DNA of 63,931 nt, the filler included, from Olpidium bornovanus S191 (taxonomy: Eukaryota; Fungi; Olpidiomycota), in NCBI GenBank assembly GCA_017911155.1. It is 32 parts of 32 records of this genome, joined end to end, with 100 filler letters (N's around TTAATTAATTAA, not from the genome) between each part and the next. Parts side by side here need not be neighbours in the genome. Positions count along the whole stretch, not along the records: positions 21,983 to 24,426 come from JAEFCI010002850.1; positions 24,527 to 25,568 come from JAEFCI010005176.1; positions 25,669 to 27,014 come from JAEFCI010001797.1; positions 27,115 to 29,783 come from JAEFCI010003073.1; positions 29,884 to 31,057 come from JAEFCI010010962.1; positions 31,158 to 32,167 come from JAEFCI010009697.1; positions 32,268 to 33,958 come from JAEFCI010006929.1; positions 34,059 to 35,264 come from JAEFCI010000423.1; 24 more parts are not named here. The stretch is one strand, 5' to 3'. Below, one piece after another: positions 24,426-37,747 of this stretch. A program made the translations under genes and the position numbers. The stretch's first letter is position 1. The number at the start of each line of letters is the position of its first letter. The notes under the pieces are model-generated. The model ran no database searches, was not told the DNA's origin, and saw only the letters and a list, made by a program, of their open reading frames with translations.

Positions 24426-26038
24426 GNNNNNNNNNNNNNNNNNNNNNNNNNNNNNNNNNNNNNNNNNNNNTTAATTAATTAANNNNNNNNNNNNNNNNNN
24501 NNNNNNNNNNNNNNNNNNNNNNNNNNCCACACGCTCTTTCCGCTACAAAACGTTTGTATTCGCCTTGCCGATCGTCATTACCGAAAGTTTTTTCAAGCCG
24601 CAGTCAAAGCGGAGATCACAAGTTTTTCGCAGCGCGTTCCGCATGCACGCATCAAAGCACATTTGGCAGCGCGCATTTTGAAAGCGTTTCACGGTCCCAC
24701 CTCCTTGACAGTCCAACTTCGCGGCGCGCATCTGCGCTCCTCGCCGTCTCGCCATGAACATGACGGTTGCGTAGACGGCAGTTTCACAGGCCCGCTCGGT
24801 CGTCAAGGGAAAGAAAGAGAGAGATAACGTGCGCGGTCACTCCCACATTCGGCGGTCGGCCCTCCGTCGTTCCGTCGTTTAGTTTTCGTTGACTATTCTG
24901 TCAATTTGCCTGTCAGGCCGTCAACCTGACTTTTCGGCGCCGTCACCAACTGAAGAAAAAAATATGCCGAGGAAAATTCCCCCTCCTCTCCCCCCTTCCT
25001 CTTCCTGAGAGAAAGAAAACCTGACGCCGCCGTGCGCTGGCCCCAATTTTGTTTTTCTTTTTCACCTTTTCTTTTTTCAAGGCCTCGTTGCCTTCCAGCT
25101 GCCGTTGCTTGCCAAATGCCGCGTGCTGCCCGCTAAGTTTTTTGCTGTCGGTCGACAGCCGTTTCCGCTGATGGCCAGCTGCCCATTATCAACCAACCTC
25201 CAACACGGGCTTGACGGAAATCCTAACCGGACTTCGACGGGCCGCGGCCCCATACGTATCAACGTCAACGGTTTTGATTAACATTTTACCTTGACTAGTT
25301 GTTGGAAAAAAAAAAACCCCAAACTCCGATGCCGACCATTTCCGGAGTCGATCCTGAACTGCGGCCACGCATCAACGTAGCCCCATCCCAACCCTTCCCC
25401 CGCCCCCCCCCCCCCCCCCCCGCCCCCCCCCCCCAACCCCCCCCCCGCCCCCCCCCCCCCATTCAGGGCGCCGCAGCTCAAAAAGCGGCCAGTCGCCGCC
25501 CGCGCGTGGCGACAGAGATATGCTGCTCGCAGAGTGGTGAGAAGGAAGGTTCACCGGCCATCTTTTCCNNNNNNNNNNNNNNNNNNNNNNNNNNNNNNNN
25601 NNNNNNNNNNNNTTAATTAATTAANNNNNNNNNNNNNNNNNNNNNNNNNNNNNNNNNNNNNNNNNNNNCAGGCGCACTGCCGCACGCGAAGGAAACGAAG
25701 GGCGACCCGGGGGCACGCACAGTCCGATCGCGATCGCGATCGCGTCTGAGGGGAGAAGCCGGGCCGTTCGCAAAGGGGATACTGACGCCTGCGGAAGGGC
25801 CGCTTGCGGCAGAGGAAGAAAAGAAAACTTCCCCCTTCCCCCCTCCCCTCACCGTGGGAGAGCCTCTGAAAGCAAGGTGAAGCCGGAAAGCCGACAAGTA
25901 CGTTCCGCGATCTTCGATCTTGAACCGGGAAGCTTGGTCTCTTGACCGGCGAGCGCGGCTGCCCTCGGACGTGCGAAGGGAGTTCTGCCGCGGCAGAGAG
26001 CTTGGTGGGGTCGGAGCTCTAAAACGGCGGCGTGCGGG

Positions 26039-26884
26039 TTAGGGGGCGAGGGAGAAAGGGAAGATACTACGTACACCCACAGACCGACCTCCGCGGAACG
26101 GATAACGAAGCGGAGTGTGAGACAAAAGTCTAGGAGCCGCGACGTGCGACCGACCCTCAGTCCCCTCGCCGGGGAGCGGGGTGGACCGAAGCGCGATCGC
26201 GATCCGGTAGCACCTGACCTTGGGCCCTTCGAAACAGGAGCGCGATCTTGACCGAAAGAAGCAAGAATTGACGTCCGCTGCCCAGAAAGACCGCGAGGCA
26301 GGAAGCGACGTGTGCTCGGCAAAACTCGGCCAAGCTCTCATTTGTCGCTGTGCAGGCTTCGCGATTTTTTGACGGAAGACAACGGTGCGTCCCTTTTGGC
26401 GTGGGGAGGGCGGAAAAAGGGTTTTAGCGGGGCGGGGCGGCATGAGCCCGCTTTCCCCGCGTGCTGTGTTAAGGGTCCCGTCCAAAGCCGTAGTGTCAAA
26501 ATGGAAGCACTGCCCGTCAGGCGCAAAAGAAAAAGTCCTGTGTCGGCTTGCGGGACAATGAGATGATCGGCGCGTGCGACGTGAAAGGATGACTTCATGC
26601 GCGCAGCCCTCGGTACAGTTGAATGCGTCAAAAGAGGGCATGGAACTTCCCCCCCTCCTCCCAGAGATTTTTACGTCATCGCGGCCCTGACTCACAGTAA
26701 CGAAATTTCCAATGTTTTGCGTTTTGGACAGTTCTGAAGATCCACAGCCCTCGGCAAAGTTGAATGTGTCAAAAGAGGGCATGAACGCCGGAGTTTCAGC
26801 GAATCTCACGCCGGTCTGGTACGCATTGCCCGCCTCCTCGGGCCCGGCTGTTCCGCGAAAACTTTTATTAACCCCATCTACCAC
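26039..26884 (-). CDS. Possible hypothetical protein exon(s) containing a duplicated 13-residue motif
   Basis: MPSFDTFNFAEGC and MPSFDAFNCTEGC occur in frame 47 codons apart. No family recognised; the true exon limits are unknown. Confidence 0.3.
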   Translation of the reverse strand: MVDGVNKSFRGTAGPEEAGNAYQTGVRFAETPAFMPSFDTFNFAEGCGSSELSKTQNIGNFVTVSQGRDDVKISGRRGGSSMPSFDAFNCTEGCAHEVILSRRTRRSSHCPASRHRTFSFAPDGQCFHFDTTALDGTLNTARGESGLMPPRPAKTLFPPSPRQKGRTVVFRQKIAKPAQRQMRAWPSFAEHTSLPASRSFWAADVNSCFFRSRSRSCFEGPKVRCYRIAIALRSTPLPGEGTEGRSHVAAPRLLSHTPLRYPFRGGRSVGVRSIFPFSLAP

Positions 26885-27127
26885 CGAAACACACCCCCCC
26901 CCCCCCCGCCTTCCCCCGATATCAGCATCGCCGCAAGGACGGAACGGCGAATCCGGTTAAGTTTGATCGAACGAAGTTTCCTTTCTCAGCATTTCCGCGA
27001 CCGCTTTTCCTAACNNNNNNNNNNNNNNNNNNNNNNNNNNNNNNNNNNNNNNNNNNNNTTAATTAATTAANNNNNNNNNNNNNNNNNNNNNNNNNNNNNN
27101 NNNNNNNNNNNNNNCCCCCCCCGTTCG

Positions 27128-27171
<44 letters not shown>

Positions 27172-28394
27172 CCAGGCCGCGATGCTGAACCCGGCGGCGA
27201 AATCCGAGTGGTTGTCGTGGAGGTCCAATCAGAACCAGGCGGCGTTTAGACGCCCAAACAGCGCGGTCGTCCCCTCCGCTCTCTGAATTTGGGAGAGAAA
27301 CGTCGCCCGCCACCTTGACGGGCGCTGTGCGTGAGCTCGTAAAAAAAAAAAAAAAAGAAAAAGGCCCCGTCATGTCTGGGCGGCACGTAGTCGGGCGCTC
27401 GCCTCCGTCTCAAGATGTAGCCCGAACGCGCGAGGTTTGCCGCGGCATTATCCAACGTAATGCCCATCCCTGTCCAGCTTAATGACGCTGAGTGTAATTT
27501 ACCGCGGGGAACGCGCGTCGTAGGGTGTCGCGCCACCGCCGGTGGCGTCGAACGTCAGTGGGCGGCGGGCGCGAAAATAGGCGCAGCTGCCGCTGTGCGC
27601 GGACGGCCTGACCGGAAACGGGATTCTGGCCGGGCCGTTGTTCGCGTGCTGTTCTTTTTCTCTCTATTTTCCTCCGCCTCTTGCTGCCCCCTGCCTCGGC
27701 TTCTGTCTCCCTTTGCGTGCCGGCAGCTCTCCAGCCGGAAACTCACATAAAAAAAAAACCCCGCCGTGAGCCAGCCTATTATTCAAAAAAACCCCCTTAG
27801 TTGGCGCGTTGCTTTAATTGTTCACGTTCAAAACCGCTCGTTCTGCGAGCGGCTCTTATCCACGATCAGGAGCCGTCGCGCCACAAGGCGAAATCTCCGT
27901 GCGCCGTCCGAGTGCGTCTCACCAGGCGGAGCCGCTTCGCTGCCGCGAACGGAAACGTGAAGTTGCATCGTCGATTTCCCGAGCAGGCGGCGGGCGTGTT
28001 CCGAACTTCGCGGCCCGACCCCCCCTCCGCGCCCTTCCCCCCACCCCGCCCCACCCTATCAATTTCGAACCCCTTTCCCCGCGCGCAAAACGTCAGACGC
28101 CGCGCCAGGAATTTTTGCACGCAAAACAAGAGTTTTCGAAAGTCTCCGGAAATCTACCATCTTCGGCGTTTGACGTCTTCGCGTCTCCGACGCCTGATGC
28201 CCCCACGGCGTGTCTCGTCTGTATTCACGACACCGTGGTGTTGAAGCCGGCGCGCGGCGGTACTTGACTCGGCAAATTGTCGTGTGCTGTCGCCGTTGCC
28301 TGCTCCCTCGAGCTCACGGCCACGGGGCTCCGTCTAATACATTCGAAACAGGCCGGCGGGGATATGCTGGTCCTGACAGGGTTGCTTGACGCGA

Positions 28395-29525
28395 CTAGAT
28401 CTTTTTGGGCATGAACTGCCCGGCCAACGGTGAGACGACACTGCCGTGCGAGGCCGTCGAGTCCTCCTCAAGAATCGGTTTGTGATTGATGGGCAGAATT
28501 CCTTCATCGCAAAAGGAGAACGCGGGAGACGAACGCACAAAACAGATTGGTCAGTTCATCACGGAGCGCAATACGCCCCCGCATGACGCCGTTGGCGGCG
28601 GCCGGCAAGCATTCCCGCGACGCCGGTCTAAACGCGGGCATTATAATGACGAAAAAAAATTCGCTTACCGGTGACTCGTCCACGCTGGATGGCGCGGGAC
28701 AGCCGCCATTGCGTGGCAGGCGAGAGCTCTGGACAACATCGGGAGAACGAGACAGGGGGGGGGCAAAAAATCAGGTGGCTGCACGGAGAAACTGCGCGAC
28801 TTCAAGAGACCTTCTCCGCCGCCCGGCCGTTCCAGGCCACGCAGCGCGGCGCCAGACGCGAGGACGGAAAAACGAACACGCACTTGTCTCCTCCATAGGC
28901 TTGATCAAGCCCATCTCGGTGAGGAACGGGGCAAAAATTCGGGGATTCTGCCGGTTGAGATTTTTTTTTGAATCAGAACACTGCCGGTCTGCCGGACGTC
29001 GCGACAGGGCAAAAAATAAGCAGCGGGCGGAGGATAAAGGCAGGGGTTTCTTTTTTCACCTTCCATTCATTCAGCGGGTCGATGCCGAGAAGAATAAACG
29101 GATCCTGGCGCGGTAGGAATTTCTGCAGTGCCTCATACTGCTTGTTGTATACCTCGTTCAAATCGCGCGTTTCGTACCACTTTGATCGGCACAGAAAGTG
29201 CGGGCGCGCAACAGCCTTTGTAAGGCGAGAGCCGCAGCTTCTTACGGCATGCGGTAATACCCGGCAGGCCAACGTCCTCACCATTCCCGGCTGGAATTCC
29301 CTTGAGAACCTTGACCACGCAGGCATCTGCTCCCGTGCTGACATTGACGCGAAACGCGGCGCAAAAAAAAAACGGGAGAGTAAGGCACGCGGTTGCAGCA
29401 CACCCGGATCCGTACCGCGGCTCAGCTGCCGTCCGACCGAAAGCGGCTGCACCGCAGCGGAAAAAGCAGCAACCGGAAAACGTACTGGGGCGCGCAGGCC
29501 GCGCCTGCCGGCCTGTGGCGAACAT
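28395..29525 (-). CDS. RSM18: Mitochondrial ribosomal protein bS18m
   Basis: Exons ~29327-29282, 29179-29060, 28947-28884, 28728-28669, 28501-28395 splice to FSREFQPGMWYETRDLNE...DPFILLGIDPLNEWKNPRIFAPFLTEMGLIKPMEETKLSPATQWRLSRAIQRGRVTGILPINHK, matching the fungal S18 pattern DPF..LG..P..EYKN...S...T.MG.I.....T.L....QR...KAI.RA. The start at 29525 (MFATGRQARPAR, presequence-like) is tentative. Confidence 0.8.
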
Positions 29526-31170
29526 TTGGCGATCGGGCGAGAATGGGGGGAACGGGGGCGGAGAGAACGGCCAAGTCAAGCTGGTTATTTTTCTTTCCCC
29601 CCCCTCCCCTCCCCCACCCTCCACCTGCGCTTCCCGTGAAGGTCGGGCTACGCGCGGCTTCGTTTTCACCGGCTTTTTTTTTTTTTTTTTTTTTTTTTTT
29701 ATTGCCTGGGCATTGTATTTTCCTCTCCAGCGGGGCAGACTTGAATTATTTGATAGGTGTCGGCGGTCCTGACCGGCTACCCGNNNNNNNNNNNNNNNNN
29801 NNNNNNNNNNNNNNNNNNNNNNNNNNNTTAATTAATTAANNNNNNNNNNNNNNNNNNNNNNNNNNNNNNNNNNNNNNNNNNNNAGGGAGGAGGGGGCGGA
29901 GGAGGGGCCGCCGAGGCCGTGCGGGTTCCGCGGGTCAGCGGAGGCGGGAACGAGATCGCGCGCGCCTCGGCCCCGCGAAAATCTTCTTGTTTCCCCCCCC
30001 CCCCCCCCCCCCCTCCAACCCCCCCCCCCCCCCCCCCGCCCACCCCCGACCCGGACAGTACCACTTCCCCTTACCTTGCTCGCTTCTACCCCTGCGGGCA
30101 TCCATATCTCCTCCTGCATAATCCCCCGGTTTTTTTTTTCGTTTATATATTGTTTCCTCTCGTATTACGTTCAGCCCGGCTGTCCAGGTAGACTCCGAAC
30201 AACCCACGATAATCAAAGCGGTTTGCTGCTCGTAATGTGCCAGCCCACTTCCGCCGGCGATGCAATTTCCGCGGCGCGAATTTACCACGAAGTTCAATGC
30301 GCAATGTACGACAGAGGTTACTGCGCGCTTCTGCCAGCCACACGTTCCCCTCGCCGTCCCTTCCTCCGGCCCTGCTCCCTTTCCCTCCCTTCGCTCCCGT
30401 CAAGAGATTGACTCTTGGACCTGCAACGTTCCACCTGAATCTCCCCAACTCCCTTTTAAAACCTGATTCGGGAATACAGATTTCGCACATGGAAGGAATG
30501 TGCTTCCATGGTCCCAAAACCGTTTAAAGCACAAGTACAGCTCGCGTTCTTATTTTATTGCCAACTCGCTTCGCTCCGCATTCAGCTTTTTTTCTGCAGT
30601 CACGTTCCCTTGAACTCGACACCACCCCCTCGCCTCTCCTCCTCCCCCCGCCTTGTTCCACGGGTACTGCTTGTCTGACGTCAGTTTTTCCCGGTGATAC
30701 CTACAAGGCCTCAGGCGCCTTACTGGGCCTATTTTATGAGACCCTGGCAGCTGAGTGCTCACCGCGCGAGGTTCCGTTCCCAGTTGCGGTTGTTTTTTTT
30801 TTACGCCAGAACGCCCGGAAATACGAAAGCTTGTCGAGTCGACCATGGACCACGGACTGCGGCCCTCTGATACATCCAAATCGCGGAGGCGCACCTGGAC
30901 AGTTGCAAATTCTGCGCTGCTGGCAAGCCAATCCGCCAGCCGGGACGATTAAAATTGCGAGAGGAAAACTTGAATTCCCTTCGAACGATTGCACGGTGAT
31001 CTCAGGGACCTTTCCTTGCCACTATCAGGACCGTTCCGCTACGCTCTTGTGACCATGNNNNNNNNNNNNNNNNNNNNNNNNNNNNNNNNNNNNNNNNNNN
31101 NTTAATTAATTAANNNNNNNNNNNNNNNNNNNNNNNNNNNNNNNNNNNNNNNNNNNNGGGGGGGGGGGGG

Positions 31171-31259
<89 letters not shown>

Positions 31260-31381
31260 GGTGGTGATGGTGCCCGCGGGTGGCGCAGGTCGGCGGCGGA
31301 CGGTCCGCGGGGGGGTTTTTCGCCCGCGAGCCACAAGGCGGCCGCTGACCGCTGCTGCGCCGCGCGACGTCCCCGGCTTAG

Positions 31382-31581
31382 GGGGCGTTCCACCTGGCCG
31401 TGCAGGCCCAGATCGCCGTGGTGCCGGTCGTCTTCGCGAGCTACGAGGCGGTGTACGACAGCTCGACAAAGTTTTTCCCGGGAGGAACGATCACCGTCCG
31501 GGGTGAGAAATTTTCTCGGGCGTCGCGGGACGACGCTGCGCGGAGCCGGAGTGGGATCCGGAAAGAAAAAAAAAAAAAAAA

Positions 31582-31614
<33 letters not shown>

Positions 31615-31637
31615 AAGGGGAGGGGGGGGGGGGGGGC

Positions 31638-31668
<31 letters not shown>

Positions 31669-31893
31669 AAAAAAAAAAAAAACGCGTTTTTCTCCGCTTC
31701 AGCTCTGGAGCCCATCCCCACCAAAGGCATGACGGCCGACGACGTGGACGAGCTGACCGAGCTCGTCTACCGGCGGATGCTGACTGCGCTGAGGGGGATA
31801 TCGGCGCCGCCGGCCGGAAGGGCGGCAGACGTCGGAGTCGAGGGCAACGGCAGCGGCGCCGCGACGGCGCAGAACGGCACCAAGGCCGAATGA
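31382..31893 (+). CDS. SLC1: 1-acyl-sn-glycerol-3-phosphate acyltransferase, last two exons
   Basis: GAFHLAVQAQIAVVPVVFASYEAVYDSSTKFFPGGTITVR|ALEPIPTKGMTADDVDELTELVYRRML...*; typical Slc1 C-terminus. Confidence 0.88.
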
Positions 31894-32054
31894 GAAGCGA
31901 CACGCATCCCCGCGGCCGTTGCGCGAACAATTTGGGAAAACGTCTGGGGCCCCGGGGGGTGAATGGGGCGGGGGGACGGCGCGGGCTGCCGCGGCCGTTT
32001 CGCGAAGGGGATGGATGGACCGTTGTTGTGTGTTCTCGCCCCGCCTTTTTTCTA

Positions 32055-32130
<76 letters not shown>

Positions 32131-32352
32131 TAAAAAAAAAAAAAAAAAACCGCCCCCCGCCCCCCCANNNNNNNNNNNNNNNNNNNNNNNNNNNNNNNNN
32201 NNNNNNNNNNNTTAATTAATTAANNNNNNNNNNNNNNNNNNNNNNNNNNNNNNNNNNNNNNNNNNNNGATCCGACGGGGCGCAGTATTGCACTATTTTTA
32301 AAGAAGCCGGGGAAGGAAGACGCGTCTGGCGCGGTGATTGGTTGATCAGGGG

Positions 32353-32803
32353 CGAACGGGTGCAGAAATTAATTCATGCAGCCTCGGCCCCCCCCCGTCC
32401 CCCCCCCGTACACCCCCACCCCGCGCGCGCCGCCCCGCAGCCGAACCGCATCCGGCCATGCGAACATGCGCCGGCACTCCCCTCGCATATTTGCCGGCAC
32501 TGCCATCATTATCACGGTGGCAATGTATTTTTTTATTAGCACTGTAATTATTCACGCGATCAGTCCGCGGCGCTGGTCCAAGTGCCCAGCACTGTATCCT
32601 TTGGAAGCCCGCCTTCTCAACGCGCAATAATGCCGCTTGGTTGCATGTACAGTGTGATGATGCTGGTGTGTTAATTGGCGGTTATACCACCGCCTTGTTG
32701 TATTTCGCGCTGTTTCCTTGTTTCCCACAATGGGCTTGCACCTTGTGGTCTCTTCACCACTCCTCTCGCAGCTCTGCCACGTCGGCTCGGGTTGCTTCGA
32801 CTC
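32353..32803 (-). repeat. Dispersed ~440-bp non-coding element, copy B
   Basis: The reverse complement aligns along its full length with 17050-17485. Confidence 0.9.
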
Positions 32804-34254
32804 CCTCTCTCCCCTCCGCCCGCCCTTCGGGCGTTTGCCGTCCGCGGGCCTTCTGTGTCCGCTTTGCATACCTGCGCCACAGTCGCTCCGTTGCCTGCCG
32901 TCGCGGCGTCGAGCTCGGTCCTCTTCCCCCGGCGTTCAGCCGAAAAGTTCGATTCTCGACCCCGGGCGTCAAGTCGACAAACACCTGCACTCGCAAAACA
33001 CACGAGCACGCACACGCACACGCACACGCACTCAACTACAGCCTGCCATATATTGACAACCTCATATGTCCAGCCGGAATCTGTCTATGATACCGAACGG
33101 CTGCACTCCATATGTAACAGCATATACAGGGAGTCAAAATTATGGCTGTTCGCTTAAGGGGGATCCGGTGCATTTGGGTGATTGTGAATCTCCACCCCGG
33201 AGTCACGCAGAGTCAGGATACTCAACCGTTACCAGCATTAGAAGAAGTCAGATAGTAAAAGCTGGCATACTACAAAACATATTTCAGTACGTAAATCGGA
33301 GTATGTCCCTGGCAATTCGTTCGACGCGTCGATTTAATTATACGTAGTAATATCTGTAAATTAGTACTACCTTAATGAGCAGTACGACATTACCTATATG
33401 TATTGGGATCATAACGTTATTATCGACTAAATACATAGTTATATATACGACTTTACTGGAAAATCTTGTAAAACACATTTGTTTTGAATGGTAGCTAGAT
33501 GTTATTATATTATGTACAATGCTCAGTGTAATGTAAATGTGGGAATAAACTTTATGCTAACCATTTTATATAATATTTTATTCGTTAGTATACTGTTGTT
33601 CACCCGGGACTTACAAATAATTGCGTTTCATTTACACCAATTAATATTGCCTTAAGCTTCAGTGCGTTCATGTAATGATTACAAATAGATACTGCAACAG
33701 GTAAACACATCTGAAACGTCTACAAACTAATAAGGTATTTTCAATATCATCATCGTTCTATTTACAGCTATAATATAACATATGTAGTATTGATAGTTAT
33801 ACAAACGTTTTACACACTATATTTGTATGGTTAATTTCATGTACCATTTGATATACAATAATTATTTGATTTACTAGATATTCTTTTTGTCCCTTCGATC
33901 AGCCGCAGCCGCGCATCGTCGAGACCGCCGCTGCGCCCGAAAGCGGGAAAAAAAAACANNNNNNNNNNNNNNNNNNNNNNNNNNNNNNNNNNNNNNNNNN
34001 NNTTAATTAATTAANNNNNNNNNNNNNNNNNNNNNNNNNNNNNNNNNNNNNNNNNNNNATCTCGGCGATTTCAAGGTCACGTGACTTTCTTGGCCGGCTG
34101 TTTGGCGGGTTGTCCTCGATAAGGACTTTGACATGCCCCGAGAGGGGTTTGACGCCACCGGAGCGCGCTCCGTGACAAGTTGTTTCACCATGTCCGAGCT
34201 CTTCCGCCAACCCTGCTTATGTTGAAGAATGCCAGCTAGTCAAATGTCTGTCAT

Positions 34255-34450
34255 GTTTGAATGAATGAATGCAATGCCACATACCTTGGCCTTCTTCTTG
34301 ATAATGAATTCTCCATTTTCCATCCACATGGACCTTTTGTGTATCATTCGAGCAGAACATGCACTCGTCATGCGTCACAAAAACGTGCTTGTCTTCCCAG
34401 ATGCGCAAACGAGGTTTGACTCCAAGTTGTCGCCCTGGTAGGTGTCCATG
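34255..34450 (-). pseudogene. Decayed DDE transposase fragment (IS630-Tc1-mariner-related fungal family)
   Basis: YQGDNLE...KHVFVTHDECMFCSNDTQK, then MWMENGEFIIKKK and GQG in shifted frames. Resembles the family motif (V/I)THDESTF..ND...W......KKG.G. Frameshifted, with lower GC than the host genes. Confidence 0.55.
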
Positions 34451-35383
34451 AGGTGGTCATGTTTATAGATGCCGAAATTTTGATATTAATTAATTGATTA
34501 TCCAAAAGACCTCAGTTTTGATAGACAATATTTTGGCCCAAATTCGAAACAAGTGGTGAGTCCAAGCTGATGGCACCATAATCCCGTGAATCTGTTGCGG
34601 AACGCACACAATGGCGGAGGGCGGGCAGAAGCGGAGGGTGACGCAAAGGGGAGAAACACGCGCATAATTTCAGACGCGCGGAAGGCAGATGCGCGGAAGG
34701 CAGCGCATTCGCAAAGGACGAGGCCCCATCGAGCAGCTGCCGCCGCTGAGAAGCCTGTAGGGCAAAAAAAAAAAAAAGAAAAAAAAAAAACTATAAAGGG
34801 CGCTTTTCCCTCTGCATTTATCCGGGCGGGGGGCCGGTCCCGGCCCGAAAGGCATAGGAGTTGCTTAAAAAGCGCTGTGGTGTTAGCGTCTTGTCCAATA
34901 TGTCCAACGGGCGTGGTCAGAATCCTAAACTGGGTGAACCCCCCGGGACCGGCAACCCTGACGCAATGCCGCCGCTGGCTAAACAGAGTTCAAGGAGAGG
35001 CACCCCGGGAAGGGCTGGCTCTGCGTAGTCAGGAAGTGCAAAAAAGGCAGTCCGGTATTTGCGAGCCACGCGCCGGGACCCCACGTTGGCGGGTCGTGGC
35101 AGAGCCGCAACCGCTCGATGCTGATCGCGGGCCCCGGAAGCCTGCCCCGGGAACGGCAACCCGCACCCGCGCCGCAGCCCTACCAGTCCGCTACACCCCA
35201 CCCACGGGGTGTGCGGCCGTCCAGCAAAAAAAAAAAAACAAAAAAAAAAAAAAAAAAAAAAAAANNNNNNNNNNNNNNNNNNNNNNNNNNNNNNNNNNNN
35301 NNNNNNNNTTAATTAATTAANNNNNNNNNNNNNNNNNNNNNNNNNNNNNNNNNNNNNNNNNNNNCCCGGGGGGGGGGGCCCCC

Positions 35384-35418
<35 letters not shown>

Positions 35419-36897
35419 AGTAGCGTTTTTGTCTGACGCAACGGCGCGCGTAATCCGACCTCATATCACAGTGCAATGCAAGACGACAACATCAAGCGCA
35501 TCCGCCGCATCCTCACGGACCTCCAGACGCTGTACCGACGCAAGAACGTCCGCCCGTCCGTGCACCGACAGCATTCGCTGAATCACTGAAAGGGGGAACA
35601 AATGCGAAGACTTTGTGCCGCGAGTAACGAAACGAGGGGCACTGACGATTTCCCTCACAAAATCCTTTCCGATTGGTCGACGTTTACAGCGTGTGCTCCT
35701 ATTTTTCACATCCCCCGCTCCTCTCCTCTTTTTGCCACCGTATTTTTAGCAGCACGTTGTTTTCCGTCTTCTGTTATACACACTCACATCACACACCCCC
35801 TCTCGTAAAGCCCGGCGCATTCCGTTTGCCCCTCGATGACGTTGCCCGTCCCGTGTATCTCACGACCTCCACCCCCCCCCCCCCTCCCCTCTCCCTCTGC
35901 CCCCCTCCACCGTTCCTGTCGTCCCTCACATCGGGGAATGGCACGTCGAGCGAGGATGCAAGTCCGGTGCCATTTGCGCGAAGAGAGGCGCTTGCTGCTG
36001 CTGCCGCCTTGGCGGTTAGCGTGCAAGCGAGAAGACGGCGGCGCAAGGGTGCCCTGTCGAGTCGACAGCCGGGCAGAAAGAATTTTCACCTGCAGAATGG
36101 AAAGAAATAAGGAGATTGGGACGCGGAACGCAGGGCGTCGGTACGCCTGTGCGTTCGTGCGTGTGAGAGGAAGAGGGGGCGGGGTGGGGGGCTGCCTGTC
36201 GGCGACTCGCCCGCAAACCGCGAGGGCGTGCGTAGGCTGCTGGTTCCCGCGAATCGTTTTTTTCGCCGGAGGGATATCCTCCCGGAACCCGCCGTCGAGA
36301 GGCGGCCACCGGCGAGTTCCCGCGCGCCTTCTCCTCCCAGGCCAAAACGGGGGCGGGACGTGTGGCTCTCACGATCGGACAGAGGCGGCATTCTCGGCGC
36401 TGGAAACAAACAACAACCTCCAAAAAAAAAACGAACAGATTGAAAAAAAAAAACGAACAAAGAAAAAAAAAAAAAAAAAAAAAAAACTAGAACAAAGAAG
36501 GAAAAATGTAAAATGTAACTATTACTCCAGGATAATGTACTTGTAACTACGGTGCCAACACGTTTACATGCGGCACACACACACTTGCGCCACCCCATTC
36601 CTCCAGCCCCCACTCCTCCACCGACGGTGCTCTTAACGGCCAAGAAAAGCCACGCAAATGCACCCCGTCTGCAAGCAGGAAAGGGCANNNNNNNNNNNNN
36701 NNNNNNNNNNNNNNNNNNNNNNNNNNNNNNNTTAATTAATTAANNNNNNNNNNNNNNNNNNNNNNNNNNNNNNNNNNNNNNNNNNNNCATGCAATAGTTT
36801 TTGGAGTGTGCATAAGATGCATCACTGTGAGTGTACTGACTGAAACGGCCAATTCCTGGAAACAGGCGTCAGCCACCATCAGCAAGCTGCGGGTCAC

Positions 36898-37606
36898 TTG
36901 CGCGTCACCACAAAAGCCGGCAGTCCACCTGTGGACACGCAAACCACCTCGACAGCGATAACAAGTTCCGACACGGCAGACTCCTCTCCCCTTCAGATCC
37001 GGGACCGCTTGGAGGCGGGCGCGGATCACGAAGCGAAGCTTCGGGATGTGTTCGAGCAGCTGGCGGCCGCCGAGGCGTGGAACGCGGAGCTCCAGCGCGC
37101 GCTGGAAGCTGCCTTGGAAGCTGCCGATCCGGCCAACATCAACAACTCTGAGCCTGACGCGGACCCTGATGAGGCGTGAGTCTCGCCGAATATTGCGCAC
37201 TTCGGAGCTTCAAATGCGGTCCAGCACATTTTTTTTTTTATGACCCACCGCGTGTAAAATAGCGTCGACCGGATGGTACAAGCCGCTGTAGAGAAAGCGG
37301 CTGATAACTTCGATGTTCTGCGCCAGGTCGTTGGGCAGTATGAGAGAGTGCGTTGTTTGCCGTCACCGCTGAAACCCCCGTTGATTCGCCAGTTCTAACA
37401 GAGCATGCAAATTTACCTCAGGACATGGAGAAGCTCGCATCGGAGAATGAAAACCTCGCAGAAACGCTCAAGTTGTTTGAATTGCGTCTGCAGGAAGCAC
37501 GGCGAGATGCGTTAAGGCGCGTTGTGTGCCTTGTTTGCCTCCCTTCTCCCCGGTTGCTTTTTGTAAACGGCACCTAAATCACAATTGCTGTCTCCCCCCT
37601 CCCACT

Positions 37607-37643
<37 letters not shown>

Positions 37644-37747
37644 GATACCGGCGGCAGGCCGCGCACCATCGGAAAGAGACGAAAGAAATCGTAGAGCTCA
37701 TCAAGGCTTCAGCCCAGAATTACGGTCGTCCGCAGTGTCCCCCGTGA
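36898..37747 (+). CDS. Hypothetical coiled-coil protein exons
   Basis: Heptad-like segments DHEAKLRDVFEQLAAAEAWNAELQRALEAALE and DMEKLASENENLAETLKLFELRLQEARR, bounded by splice-like signals. Confidence 0.35.
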
